Shown here in pieces: positions 28,669 to 39,794 of a stretch of 64,000 bases of DNA. The notes under the pieces were generated by a model that worked only from the letters and a program-made list of their open reading frames with translations, was not told the origin of the DNA and made no database searches. Both the position numbers and the translations under genes were made by a program. Position 1 is the stretch's first letter. Every line of letters starts with the position of its first letter. Source of the stretch: Bacilli bacterium (GTDB taxonomy: Bacteria; Bacillota_I; Bacilli_A; RFN20; CAG-826); NCBI GenBank assembly GCA_017477255.1, contig JAFUXB010000002.1:93996-157995 (forward strand). The letters run 5' to 3'.

Positions 28669-29874
28669 TCATCGAAAATAATGCAAATATAAGCACTTAT
28701 AATAGCGCATATTGTTGATAATCTTATTAAAATTGATTACTTTATCAAAATTTTCTTCAATATAGATATATAAAAAGAAATGGAATAGCATGAAATTAAT
28801 TGTTAAAAATCCAGTTGTAAGCTGATAAATTAGACATAAAGAAAGAGTTAAAAGAATCAAAAAATATTTTTTAAAACTCATATAACTCACAACTTTATAG
28901 GTTTCTTGATTGATATAATTAACTTCATCTTTAAATAATTGTGTTGTTAACTTTTCAGCATTTTTAGAAACAAAATTTTCGTGTTCTGCTATTTCTTCAA
29001 TCTTAGGATTTAGAGTGGTTTTTTCATATAATTTGAAGATAATTTGAACTATAAAAATAAGTCCTAAAATTACAAAATTAAAATAGTTATTTAAGCCTAA
29101 AATTAATAGTCCAAAAAATAAAATCAAGAAGCAATTTACAAGCTCTAAAGGTGAAGAAATCATAGTAAATTTGAACTTATTCATTGGTTCAAAATATTTG
29201 TTAAATTTATTCTTCTTAAACACATAATCATCTAATAAAATAGCCTTATCGAAGTTTTTTAGTGAATTTATAGTAGATTTCTGGTACATAAATTCAAATA
29301 GAATATATAAGGCAAATAGCGAAATTGGTATAAAAACTGTGTCTGATTCAAATGAATCTAAAAATAACATTGAAGTCATTAAAAACACAAAACTAAATAT
29401 CTGAAAAACGATAGTTATAAAGACATTAAATTTAGGAACTACATCTACCTTTTTAGCTCGATATGAAGTGTAGTTTGCTTTTGAAATTTCTATTAGTTCT
29501 CCGTTCCAAATTTCCATTGCTTTTTTCTTATTTAAAAAGTAAATTCCAAGTGAAGGATCATAGATTTTAAACCCTCTTTTATTTACCTTTTTAACAAGAA
29601 CCATGTGAAAACTATCTCCTTTTTTAATAGGAATTAAAAATGGACATGGAGTTTTCCCTACAAACATCTCTTCTTTATTAATAATTCGAGACGCTGAAAG
29701 TGTTACATGTTCTTTTAAAGCATATTTCATTAAGTTGCTTAATGATGCACTTTCATCAATTGATGGTGTTGGATAATAAAGAAAGTCTTTATTCTTATTA
29801 ATAATTGCTAATAGCATTTTTACGCACGTATAGCCACAATCTTTATCTCCAAGTTGTTTAATATAATAAGTCAT
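28669..29874 (-). CDS. peptidase-C39-like domain fused to a multi-pass membrane domain, with no ATPase domain
   Basis: The N-terminus QLGDKDCGYTCVKMLL ... SFHMVLV...IYDPSLG fits the Cys/His pattern of bacteriocin-processing C39 domains. About six hydrophobic helices follow. The 401-aa length leaves no room for an ABC nucleotide-binding domain. The stop codon is TGA. Confidence 0.6.
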   Translation of the reverse strand: MTYYIKQLGDKDCGYTCVKMLLAIINKNKDFLYYPTPSIDESASLSNLMKYALKEHVTLSASRIINKEEMFVGKTPCPFLIPIKKGDSFHMVLVKKVNKRGFKIYDPSLGIYFLNKKKAMEIWNGELIEISKANYTSYRAKKVDVVPKFNVFITIVFQIFSFVFLMTSMLFLDSFESDTVFIPISLFALYILFEFMYQKSTINSLKNFDKAILLDDYVFKKNKFNKYFEPMNKFKFTMISSPLELVNCFLILFFGLLILGLNNYFNFVILGLIFIVQIIFKLYEKTTLNPKIEEIAEHENFVSKNAEKLTTQLFKDEVNYINQETYKVVSYMSFKKYFLILLTLSLCLIYQLTTGFLTINFMLFHFFLYIYIEENFDKVINFNKIINNMRYYKCLYLHYFR

Positions 29875-29878
29875 AAAA

Positions 29879-29928
29879 TTACCCCCTCACTATACAAGTA
29901 GGGTTTTTAAAGAGTAAAAAGGGGGTAA
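29879..29928 (-). repeat. C5...G5 hairpin element, copy b (5' leader of the C39-like gene)
   Basis: The 9-bp perfect arms TTACCCCCT (29879-29887) and AGGGGGTAA (29920-29928) enclose a 32-nt spacer. On the - strand the G-run (GAGGGGG) sits 7 nt before the ATG. Confidence 0.75.
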
Positions 29929-29981
29929 AAATATAAAATTATTAAAAATAATGATTAATTTTATTGTTTTTCTTTTTTCTG

Positions 29982-30007
29982 ATGATTATTTATCTTAAAA
30001 TAATCAT
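29982..30007. promoter_or_regulatory. 10-bp perfect palindrome abutting the GH43 start codon
   Basis: ATGATTATTT-N6-AAATAATCAT is followed immediately by the ATG at 30008. A third ATGATTA half-site lies at 29951-29957. Confidence 0.5.
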
Positions 30008-30913
30008 ATGGAAAAAATTGTACGTACTAATATCACCGGACTTGGTGATCCTCAAATAGTTTTAGAAAATAATATTTATTATTTATTTGCTACAGGCATG
30101 AATCAAGATGATTCTTATGCTTTTAGCTATTGTTATAGCGATAATTTAAGCGATTTTAAGTATGGTGGACCAATTCTACTTAAAAAAGATTCTTTTGGTG
30201 TAAGCGAATTCTGGGCTCCAGAAATTCATAAAATTAATGGTATTTATTATTTAGTTTATAGTGCAAGAGACACTAAAGGAATAATGCATGTTCAAATCGC
30301 TTCTTCTTTAAAATTAACTGGTCCTTATAAAGATTTAAAAGAAACTCCACTTTTAGAAGATGATAAATTTTCTACGATTGATGGCCACTTATTTGAAGAT
30401 AATGGAAGAATTTATTTATTTTATTCATTAGATTGCTCAACTAATATAATAAATGGAGTTCATACTAGTCAAATTTATGCTGTAGAGCTTTCTAAAGATT
30501 TAAAGAGCGTTATAAGTAAACCAACATTTATTTCTACTCCAGATCATGAATATGAATATTTTTCAGGACCAGAATGGAGATGGAATGAAGGTCCTTATGT
30601 TTTAAAACATAATAATAAATATTATTTAACTTATTCTACTAATTGCTATTGTGATAAACATTATGCTGTAGGATGTGCTGTTAGTGATAATATTTTAGGA
30701 CCATATAAAAAATATGATGATGTAATCTTATCTTATATTGATAATGAAATTAGTGGTCCAGGACATAATTCATTCTTTATTGATAAAGATGGATCACTAA
30801 AAATTTGTTATCACATTCATACTTTTATTGATAATCCTAGTGGAAATCGCAGAGCTTGTACTTCAAGAGCTTACTTTGATAAAGACGATAAACTTGTAAT
30901 TGATTATAAATAA
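30008..30913 (+). CDS. glycoside hydrolase family 43 (beta-xylosidase/arabinofuranosidase-like), no signal peptide
   Basis: Five-bladed-propeller motifs are present: GDPQIV, WAPEIHKINGIYYLVYSA, IDGHLFEDNGRIYLFYS and NEGPYVLKHNNKYYLTYS. Confidence 0.8.
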   Translation: MEKIVRTNITGLGDPQIVLENNIYYLFATGMNQDDSYAFSYCYSDNLSDFKYGGPILLKKDSFGVSEFWAPEIHKINGIYYLVYSARDTKGIMHVQIASSLKLTGPYKDLKETPLLEDDKFSTIDGHLFEDNGRIYLFYSLDCSTNIINGVHTSQIYAVELSKDLKSVISKPTFISTPDHEYEYFSGPEWRWNEGPYVLKHNNKYYLTYSTNCYCDKHYAVGCAVSDNILGPYKKYDDVILSYIDNEISGPGHNSFFIDKDGSLKICYHIHTFIDNPSGNRRACTSRAYFDKDDKLVIDYK

Positions 30914-30940
30914 AAAAGGACGATTCAATCGTCCTTTTTT
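30912..30940. terminator. bidirectional rho-independent terminator (GH43 / rpsU)
   Basis: AAAAAAGGACGAT pairs with ATCGTCCTTTTTT around a TCA loop. Confidence 0.85.
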
Positions 30941-30948
30941 ATTAGATA

Positions 30949-31122
30949 TTATCTATATTTTTTTCTTGCGTTTTCAGATTTTAATTTTCTCTTAAGTGAT
31001 TTTTTTAAGAAAAATTCTCTTTTACGACATTCTTGGATAATACTAGCTTTGTTAACTTGACGTTTAAATTTTCTTAAAGCTTCATCAAGTGTTTCACCTT
31101 CTTTATCTACTACACGTGGCAT
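30949..31122 (-). CDS. rpsU: 30S ribosomal protein S21 (57 aa, below the ORF-track cutoff)
   Basis: The - strand translation is MPRVVDKEGETLDEALRKFKRQVNKASIIQECRKREFFLKKSLKRKLKSENARKKYR, preceded by GGAGGTGA. Confidence 0.9.
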   Translation of the reverse strand: MPRVVDKEGETLDEALRKFKRQVNKASIIQECRKREFFLKKSLKRKLKSENARKKYR

Positions 31123-31189
31123 CTTTTCTCACCTCCAATCCGTCGCTTAGTTATAATATCAAATTTAATTAAAAATTAAAATAGGTAAT

Positions 31190-31825
31190 TTACATTAATT
31201 TAGCACCGCTACTTGTACCAATTCTCGTAGCGCCTGCTTCGACCATTTTAAGCATGTCTTCGTGGGTTCTAACTCCTCCACTAGCTTTTACGCCCATTTC
31301 TGGCCCAACTGTTTTTCTCATTAAAGCAACATCTCCAACTTTTGCGCCCCATTTTGAAAAACCAGTTGATGTTTTAACAAAATCTGCACCTGCTTTTTTA
31401 GCAAGTTCACATGCTTTGACCATTTCTTCATTAGTTAATAAGCAACATTCAATAATAACTTTTAAAGTATGACCTTTTGTAGCTTTTCTAAGTAAAGAAA
31501 TTTCATCTAAAACATATTCATAATCTTTGTCTTTAAGTTTTGATACGTTGATAACCATATCAACTTCATCAGCACCTTTTGCAATAGCATCGACTGCTTC
31601 GAATGTTTTAGCTTCTTTAGTCATACTTCCTAATGGAAAACCAACTACAGTACAAACTAAAACATCTGATCCTTCTAATTCTTTTTTAGCTAAAGGAATA
31701 TAGCAAGGATTAATGCAAACTGATTTAAAATCGTATTTTTTTGATTCTTCACATAATGCAATGATTTCTTCTTTTGTTGCATCTGCTTTTAATAATGTAT
31801 TATCAATAAGTTTGTTGTATTCCAT
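31190..31825 (-). CDS. deoC: deoxyribose-phosphate aldolase
   Basis: A 211-aa ORF with the motifs [23 protein letters not shown] and KASGGVR. Confidence 0.9.
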   Translation of the reverse strand: MEYNKLIDNTLLKADATKEEIIALCEESKKYDFKSVCINPCYIPLAKKELEGSDVLVCTVVGFPLGSMTKEAKTFEAVDAIAKGADEVDMVINVSKLKDKDYEYVLDEISLLRKATKGHTLKVIIECCLLTNEEMVKACELAKKAGADFVKTSTGFSKWGAKVGDVALMRKTVGPEMGVKASGGVRTHEDMLKMVEAGATRIGTSSGAKLM

Positions 31826-31858
31826 ATTTTTTTAGTCAAAAAAAGGCTCGTTTAAGCC

Positions 31859-32044
31859 TTATTTTGAATCCTTTCCTTTAACTACTTGTTTACCATCATA
31901 GTAACCACAATGTGGGCAAACTGTGTGTTGTTTAATTAATTCGCCACAATTTGGGCATGTAGCTGCGCCAGTAACAGTAATTTTATAGTGTGATCTTCTT
32001 AATCTTTTAGCTGTTTTTCCAGTTCTTCTTGCAGGTGTAGCCAT
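31859..32044 (-). CDS. rpmF: 50S ribosomal protein L32
   Basis: The N-terminus MATPARRTGKTAKRLRRSH is followed by CPNCG...CPHCG. Confidence 0.9.
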   Translation of the reverse strand: MATPARRTGKTAKRLRRSHYKITVTGAATCPNCGELIKQHTVCPHCGYYDGKQVVKGKDSK

Positions 32045-32105
32045 AATATCTTCTCCTTTTTTTAAATCCTAATTAATTATATTAATTTTTATTCTTATTT
32101 CAATA

Positions 32106-33419
32106 CTATTTTTTTGACATTGTCAAAATTTTTACTGAATTTTCTTTGTTGAACTTAATTTTAACGATTTTATCGTTTAAATTATCTTCTGATTTAATTA
32201 AACATTCTAGATAATTTGATGAATGAGCTTTATATCCTTTTAGTTTTTCGTCATAAGATTCAACTAAAAATTCTACTTCTTCATTGTAAAATTTCTTTTC
32301 GTAATCTAGTTCCAATTCATTAGATAATGAAATTAGTCGTTTAACTCGTTCTTTTTTCACTTCTTGAGGAATTTTTCCATCCATTTTAGAAGCTACTGTT
32401 CCGTTTCTATCACTATATGGGAAAACATGAACTTTTGAAAAATTAATTTCTTTAATAAAGTTGTATGTTTCAACGAAATCTTCTTCACTTTCTTGAGGAA
32501 AACCTACGATTACATCTGTTGTAATTGAAATATCAGGTCTAATTTCACGAATTTTTCTTATTACTTCTTTAAAATAATCTAAATCATATTTACGGTTCAT
32601 GAGTTTTAGCACATGTTTACTTCCACTTTGTAAAGGAATATGTAAATGATTAGCGATATTACTATATTTAGAAAGTAATTTTAAGAACTTATCATCAATT
32701 TGACTTGTTTCAATCGAGGAAATTCTAATTCTATATAAATCCTTGTTATTTACTAAAATTGCTTCTAGAAGGTCTGAAAATGAGGATTTTGGGGTAAAAT
32801 CTTCCCCATAACTTCCTTGATCAATTCCTGTGAGGATTATTTCTTTGTAATTATTTTTAATTAAAGCTGAAATTTCAGATAAAATCTCATCTTTTTCTCT
32901 ACTTCTTGATCTTCCTCTAACATAAGGAATAAGGCAATATGTGCAATAATTATCGCAACCATCTTGTATTTTTACATATGCTCTAGTTTGGTCAAAATAA
33001 CGATTTAATGTAATATTTTCATATTTTTTAATATCTAAGAAATTATTATGAGTTACTATTTTATTGCGATTTACTAAGAAAGAATCGATATATTCTCCGA
33101 TTTTATCTCTATTACTTGTTCCAATTACAATATCAACACCTAAATCTTCGCTAAGAAATTTATATGAATATTGTGAATAACAGCCCATGACGCATAAAAC
33201 ACAGTTTGGATATTTGTTTTTAAAGTGTTTTATTGTCTTTTTTGACTTATTTGAGCTAGTTTCTGTGACTGCACATGTATTAATGATAACAACATCTGGA
33301 TTGTCATCTTCTTTAACTTCTATATAGCCTCTTTTTTGCAAATCAAAAGCAATAGCTTCGACTTCGTAGCTATTAACTTTACATCCTAAAAAGTGTATAT
33401 AAAAGGTTTTTTTATTCAT
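32106..33419 (-). CDS. mtaB: tRNA methylthiotransferase MtaB (radical SAM, MiaB family)
   Basis: Features are LGCKVNSYE, CDNYCTYC and a TRAM-like C-terminus, in the yqeV position. Confidence 0.8.
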   Translation of the reverse strand: MNKKTFYIHFLGCKVNSYEVEAIAFDLQKRGYIEVKEDDNPDVVIINTCAVTETSSNKSKKTIKHFKNKYPNCVLCVMGCYSQYSYKFLSEDLGVDIVIGTSNRDKIGEYIDSFLVNRNKIVTHNNFLDIKKYENITLNRYFDQTRAYVKIQDGCDNYCTYCLIPYVRGRSRSREKDEILSEISALIKNNYKEIILTGIDQGSYGEDFTPKSSFSDLLEAILVNNKDLYRIRISSIETSQIDDKFLKLLSKYSNIANHLHIPLQSGSKHVLKLMNRKYDLDYFKEVIRKIREIRPDISITTDVIVGFPQESEEDFVETYNFIKEINFSKVHVFPYSDRNGTVASKMDGKIPQEVKKERVKRLISLSNELELDYEKKFYNEEVEFLVESYDEKLKGYKAHSSNYLECLIKSEDNLNDKIVKIKFNKENSVKILTMSKK

Positions 33420-33819
33420 CTTCGTTTGCCTTTAATAACTCTTGAAAAACTGTATAACTAATGAATCCATTTTTGTATAAGGAATTAATTAGTTCATTTT
33501 TAGTAGATTTATAGTAGTTTTCAAGTATGTTTTGAAGTTTTACTTCTATCTGATCTGTATTAATCATCTTTAATTTTCTATCATACAAATAGAAAATGTG
33601 ATCAATATATAAATCGTTATTTACAATAAGCATAATGCATAAATTTTTATCATAGTATGCTTTAGTTGTCTTATCATTTCCAACATATAAAAGACTAGAA
33701 ACATTAGTCATTTTCTCTCCTTCTTTTTGCATATGCTCATAAGGACTATTAAATTTTTGAATGTTGTTTCTATATTTAGCTAATATTTTAAAAAATGTCT
33801 TATCCATATTAATTGTCAA
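33412..33819 (-). CDS. hypothetical protein (135 aa)
   Basis: The ORF overlaps both neighbours by a few nt, an operon-style arrangement. No motif was recognised. Confidence 0.5.
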   Translation of the reverse strand: MTINMDKTFFKILAKYRNNIQKFNSPYEHMQKEGEKMTNVSSLLYVGNDKTTKAYYDKNLCIMLIVNNDLYIDHIFYLYDRKLKMINTDQIEVKLQNILENYYKSTKNELINSLYKNGFISYTVFQELLKANEDE

Positions 33820-34522
33820 AATGATATCCTAAAATGCTTAAAGCATAAAATACGCTTGTTTCGCTACGTAATATTCTTTTTCCTAAAGTAATTATTTCAA
33901 AATCATTATTTGATGCATATTCGACTTCTTCTTTACTAAATCCGCCTTCTGCACCAATTAATATTGAAATTGATTTTCCATCGAATTTATCTAATTTATT
34001 TCTTAAATCTTTCAATGATGATGTTGCATTTTCATATGCAATTAAGTTCATATCTGATTTAAATTTAACTATATCTTTATAATCTATAACATTTTCAATT
34101 ATAGGTAATTTAGTTCTTTTACATTGTTCTGATGCTTCTTTTGCAATCTTATTAAATCTTTCTAATTTTTTGCTTTTATTCTCATTAGTGATTTTAGCTA
34201 TACAGCGTGATGAATTAACTAAAACAATTTCATTTACACCTAATTCTGTAGCTTTTTGAATGACTAAATCAATTTTTTCACCCTTTGGAATGCAATATAA
34301 AAGGCGTGTATAAACTCTTAATTCATGATCTTCATCATATTTTTTTATGATTTCAAAGTTAAATGGGTTTAAACCACTTACTTTGCATAAATAAACATCA
34401 CCATCGTTATTTACTTCGAATTCATCGCCTATTTTCATCCTCATTACTTTTGTGATATGAAAAATATCATCGTTTGAAACGGTGATATTATCATTATTAC
34501 AAGACACAAAATAACGTTGCAT
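33809..34522 (-). CDS. rsmE: 16S rRNA (uracil1498-N3)-methyltransferase
   Basis: The 237-aa size, the MQRYFV start, the GAEGGFS motif and the yqeU position support the call. Confidence 0.85.
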   Translation of the reverse strand: MQRYFVSCNNDNITVSNDDIFHITKVMRMKIGDEFEVNNDGDVYLCKVSGLNPFNFEIIKKYDEDHELRVYTRLLYCIPKGEKIDLVIQKATELGVNEIVLVNSSRCIAKITNENKSKKLERFNKIAKEASEQCKRTKLPIIENVIDYKDIVKFKSDMNLIAYENATSSLKDLRNKLDKFDGKSISILIGAEGGFSKEEVEYASNNDFEIITLGKRILRSETSVFYALSILGYHFDN

Positions 34523-34983
34523 TATTTTAGCAATACTCCATTTTTATCTTTTCTATCAGTTTTAAATAAAGAAATGATGCCTAATACGATATAGACCAAG
34601 AATAATGATCCTACTGCTATTAATGCTGAATATAATAAAGCATTTTGACCGATAATAATTTTTAATAAATATAAGGCAGTAAATATTCCTGCTACAAATA
34701 AAATATTAATAAAAATACGAATAATTCCAGAAATAATAAAGCCTAAATAAAATTCATCAGCAGAAAATGCACCTAAAAACATAAGTAAAAATGAAGCAAC
34801 TTTCTTTGATTTTTGCTTGATATTGAGTTCGTTTTTCTTTTCTTCTGGCATAGTCTCAATTAATTGAGTTACGTCAGTAGTTTCTGAAGTTTGTCCATCT
34901 AATGGGTTTAATCCACCACAAATTGGACATCTTTCTTTATCGAACTTAGTTATATTTGAATGACAATGTTTACATTTAGGCAT
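34522..34983 (-). CDS. zinc-ribbon plus TM2-domain membrane protein
   Basis: An N-terminal CKHC...CPICG zinc ribbon is followed by two to three transmembrane helices with a TM2-like pattern (FLGAFSADEFYLG). Confidence 0.6.
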   Translation of the reverse strand: MPKCKHCHSNITKFDKERCPICGGLNPLDGQTSETTDVTQLIETMPEEKKNELNIKQKSKKVASFLLMFLGAFSADEFYLGFIISGIIRIFINILFVAGIFTALYLLKIIIGQNALLYSALIAVGSLFLVYIVLGIISLFKTDRKDKNGVLLK

Positions 34984-35020
34984 AATTCACACTTCCTATA
35001 AAAAGTATAAATGTTTACAT

Positions 35021-36172
35021 TTATAATTTAAATGTTTTTTTGAATTTAGCGAAGAAATTATCATCTTTATTGGTAGTTTCCTTATAATTTTCGAGTAATT
35101 TCTTTTGTTCGCGTGATAATTTGGTTGGAATTTTAACTTCAATATTTACAAATTGATCACCATATCTATCACTTCTGACGTCTTTAACGCCTTTTCCTTT
35201 AATTTTTAAGATGGCTCCTGGTTGAGTTCCGGCAGGAATTGTAAGTTTTTCTTCACCATAACAAGTTGGAACACTAATTTCAGTTCCAAGGCAACAATCA
35301 TAGAAATCAACTGGCACAGTTAAATAAATATCATTACCATCTCTTACAAATGAATCGTGTTTTTGTACGACCACTTCGATATAAAGATCCCCATTAGCTC
35401 CGCCATTAATCCCTCTTTCACCTTTGCCACTTACTCTAATTCTTTGGCCATCATTAATTCCTTGAGGAATAGAGACTTCAATGTCTTTTTTAACCTTTTT
35501 ATACCCTTTTCCTGCACATTCTGGGCAGCTTTCTCTAATAATTTTACCTGTTCCATGACATCTTGGACATGCAGATTCAGATTGCATCATTCCAAAAATT
35601 GTTCTTTGTTGAGTGACAATTCTTCCTCTACCTTTACAATCTGGACAAGTATCTAAAGCTGTACCATTTTTCGCACCATTTCCATGGCAACGTTCACATG
35701 TTTCTTCATAATTTAGAGGAATTGTTAATTTTGTACCTTTAACAGCATCCATGAATTTAATTCTAATTCTTAAAAGTGTATCTCCACCTTTAATTGGACC
35801 ACTATAAGAATTTCTTGATCTTGAACCAAATCCTCCAAATCCACCAAACATACTGTTTAAAATATCGTTTAAATCGGAGAAATCGCCACCGTTAAAGTTA
35901 AATCCTTCAAAACCTGAACCATTAAATGGATTTGCTCCACCAGCATTTTGATCAAATGCAGCATGGCCAAATTGATCATAAGTTTTTCTTTTATTTTCAT
36001 CACCTAAAACACTATAAGCTTCTGATGCTTCTTTAAATTTTTCAGCATCACCTGTTTCCTTATTGTCTGGGTGATATTTTTTGGCTAATTTTCTGTAAGC
36101 ACTTTTTATTTCATCTTGAGTTGCTGATTTAGAAACACCAAGCACCTCATAATAATCTCTTTTTTCAGCCAT
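35021..36172 (-). CDS. dnaJ: molecular chaperone DnaJ
   Basis: It has a J domain ([11 protein letters not shown]), a G/F region and four CxxCxGxG repeats. Confidence 0.95.
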   Translation of the reverse strand: MAEKRDYYEVLGVSKSATQDEIKSAYRKLAKKYHPDNKETGDAEKFKEASEAYSVLGDENKRKTYDQFGHAAFDQNAGGANPFNGSGFEGFNFNGGDFSDLNDILNSMFGGFGGFGSRSRNSYSGPIKGGDTLLRIRIKFMDAVKGTKLTIPLNYEETCERCHGNGAKNGTALDTCPDCKGRGRIVTQQRTIFGMMQSESACPRCHGTGKIIRESCPECAGKGYKKVKKDIEVSIPQGINDGQRIRVSGKGERGINGGANGDLYIEVVVQKHDSFVRDGNDIYLTVPVDFYDCCLGTEISVPTCYGEEKLTIPAGTQPGAILKIKGKGVKDVRSDRYGDQFVNIEVKIPTKLSREQKKLLENYKETTNKDDNFFAKFKKTFKL

Positions 36173-36198
36173 ACTTTCCTCCTAAATAACAAACTTAA

Positions 36199-36218
36199 GG
36201 GAAGCATGGTTGCTTCCC
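36199..36218 (-). terminator. GC-rich hairpin between dnaK and dnaJ (partial terminator or attenuator)
   Basis: GGGAAGCA pairs with TGCTTCCC around a 4-nt loop. On the - strand only a weak T-rich tract follows. Confidence 0.45.
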
Positions 36219-36242
36219 CAAAGTCACTTTATTCGTAGTTTT

Positions 36243-38665
<2,423 letters not shown>

Positions 38666-38676
38666 AACGCTCTCCT

Positions 38677-39681
38677 TTATTGACCATTCATGTATTTAAT
38701 TATTTCGCTTACTATATAGTCTAGATAATTCATTACCTTGCTATAATCCATTCTTTTTGGTCCAATAACAGCGATTTTACCTAAGGTTTCTTCGCCATCA
38801 ACACCAACAGCTTTTGAAATAATTGATACATCACTATCAAGTCCATCTTCATCACTAATGAATAAGTTATCGTCTGCACTATTGATAATTTCTTCAAGTT
38901 TTACTGGATTATCGAACATCCCATATAATTTTCTAACTTCGCTTGCGTTATCGCTAAATTCTGGTTGAGATAATAAGTTTTCTTTTCCAATAATTTCACT
39001 TCTTTGTGACGCGAATTCTACAAATACTTTCATTAAAGCATTATATAGATTGGAATAATCGATTAAGTAAGATTCAAGGATTGGTTTCATTGTTTCAAGT
39101 TTACTCGATAAATCCTTAATTTTTGTTCCTTTAAGTCTTTCATCAAGAAGCTTTAAACATTTAATGACTTCTTCCATTTTGTTCTTCTTACTTAAGATGA
39201 ACTTTTGATTTTGTACATAACCTTTATCTGTTACAAAGATTACTGTACATGTTGTTTCATTAAGTGGTATTAATTGAATGTTGATCAATCTTTCATTATC
39301 ACCATCCGGTCCTAACACAATACTTGTAAGGTTAGTCATATGTGATAAGATCGCACAACTTTCTCTTAATACTTCTTCAATTGATTTGGAGTTATCGAAT
39401 ATTTCGCTAACTTGCATTTTGAATTTAGAATCAACTTTGTTGTTTCTTAAATGTTTAATGTAGTATTTATAGCCTTTTGAACTTGGAACTCTACCGCTGC
39501 TTACATGGTTTTTCTCGATGTAGCCTTCTTTTTCAAGCTCAAACATTTCATTTCTAACTGTTGCACTACTATAAGGAAGATTATACTTTTCAATTATGTA
39601 TTTACTTGCTACAGGGGTGGCTGTTTGAATGAAGTCATCTACGATTAATTTTAAGATTTGTTGTTTTCTAGTTAAGCTCAT
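38677..39681 (-). CDS. hrcA: heat-inducible transcription repressor HrcA
   Basis: I place the start at MSLTRKQQILKLIVDDFI (39681), which is typical of HrcA N-termini. The ORF-track TTG start at 39708 would lie inside the CIRCE element. Confidence 0.85.
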   Translation of the reverse strand: MSLTRKQQILKLIVDDFIQTATPVASKYIIEKYNLPYSSATVRNEMFELEKEGYIEKNHVSSGRVPSSKGYKYYIKHLRNNKVDSKFKMQVSEIFDNSKSIEEVLRESCAILSHMTNLTSIVLGPDGDNERLINIQLIPLNETTCTVIFVTDKGYVQNQKFILSKKNKMEEVIKCLKLLDERLKGTKIKDLSSKLETMKPILESYLIDYSNLYNALMKVFVEFASQRSEIIGKENLLSQPEFSDNASEVRKLYGMFDNPVKLEEIINSADDNLFISDEDGLDSDVSIISKAVGVDGEETLGKIAVIGPKRMDYSKVMNYLDYIVSEIIKYMNGQ

Positions 39682-39688
39682 ATTCTTT

Positions 39689-39715
39689 TTAGCACTCATC
39701 CTTTTCAACTGCTAA
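39689..39715 (-). promoter_or_regulatory. CIRCE operator (proximal copy)
   Basis: The + strand reads TTAGCACTC-N9-AACTGCTAA, against the consensus TTAGCACTC-N9-GAGTGCTAA. It lies 7 nt upstream of the hrcA ATG. Confidence 0.75.
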
Positions 39716-39735
39716 CAATAATATAAACAAAAAAT

Positions 39736-39762
39736 TTAGCACTGTCAACTAAAAAGTGCTAA
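39736..39762 (-). promoter_or_regulatory. CIRCE operator (distal copy)
   Basis: The sequence is TTAGCACTG-N9-AAGTGCTAA. Confidence 0.8.
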
Positions 39763-39794
39763 TTTCGTGAAAAATATTTTAATGTTTATAAGAT

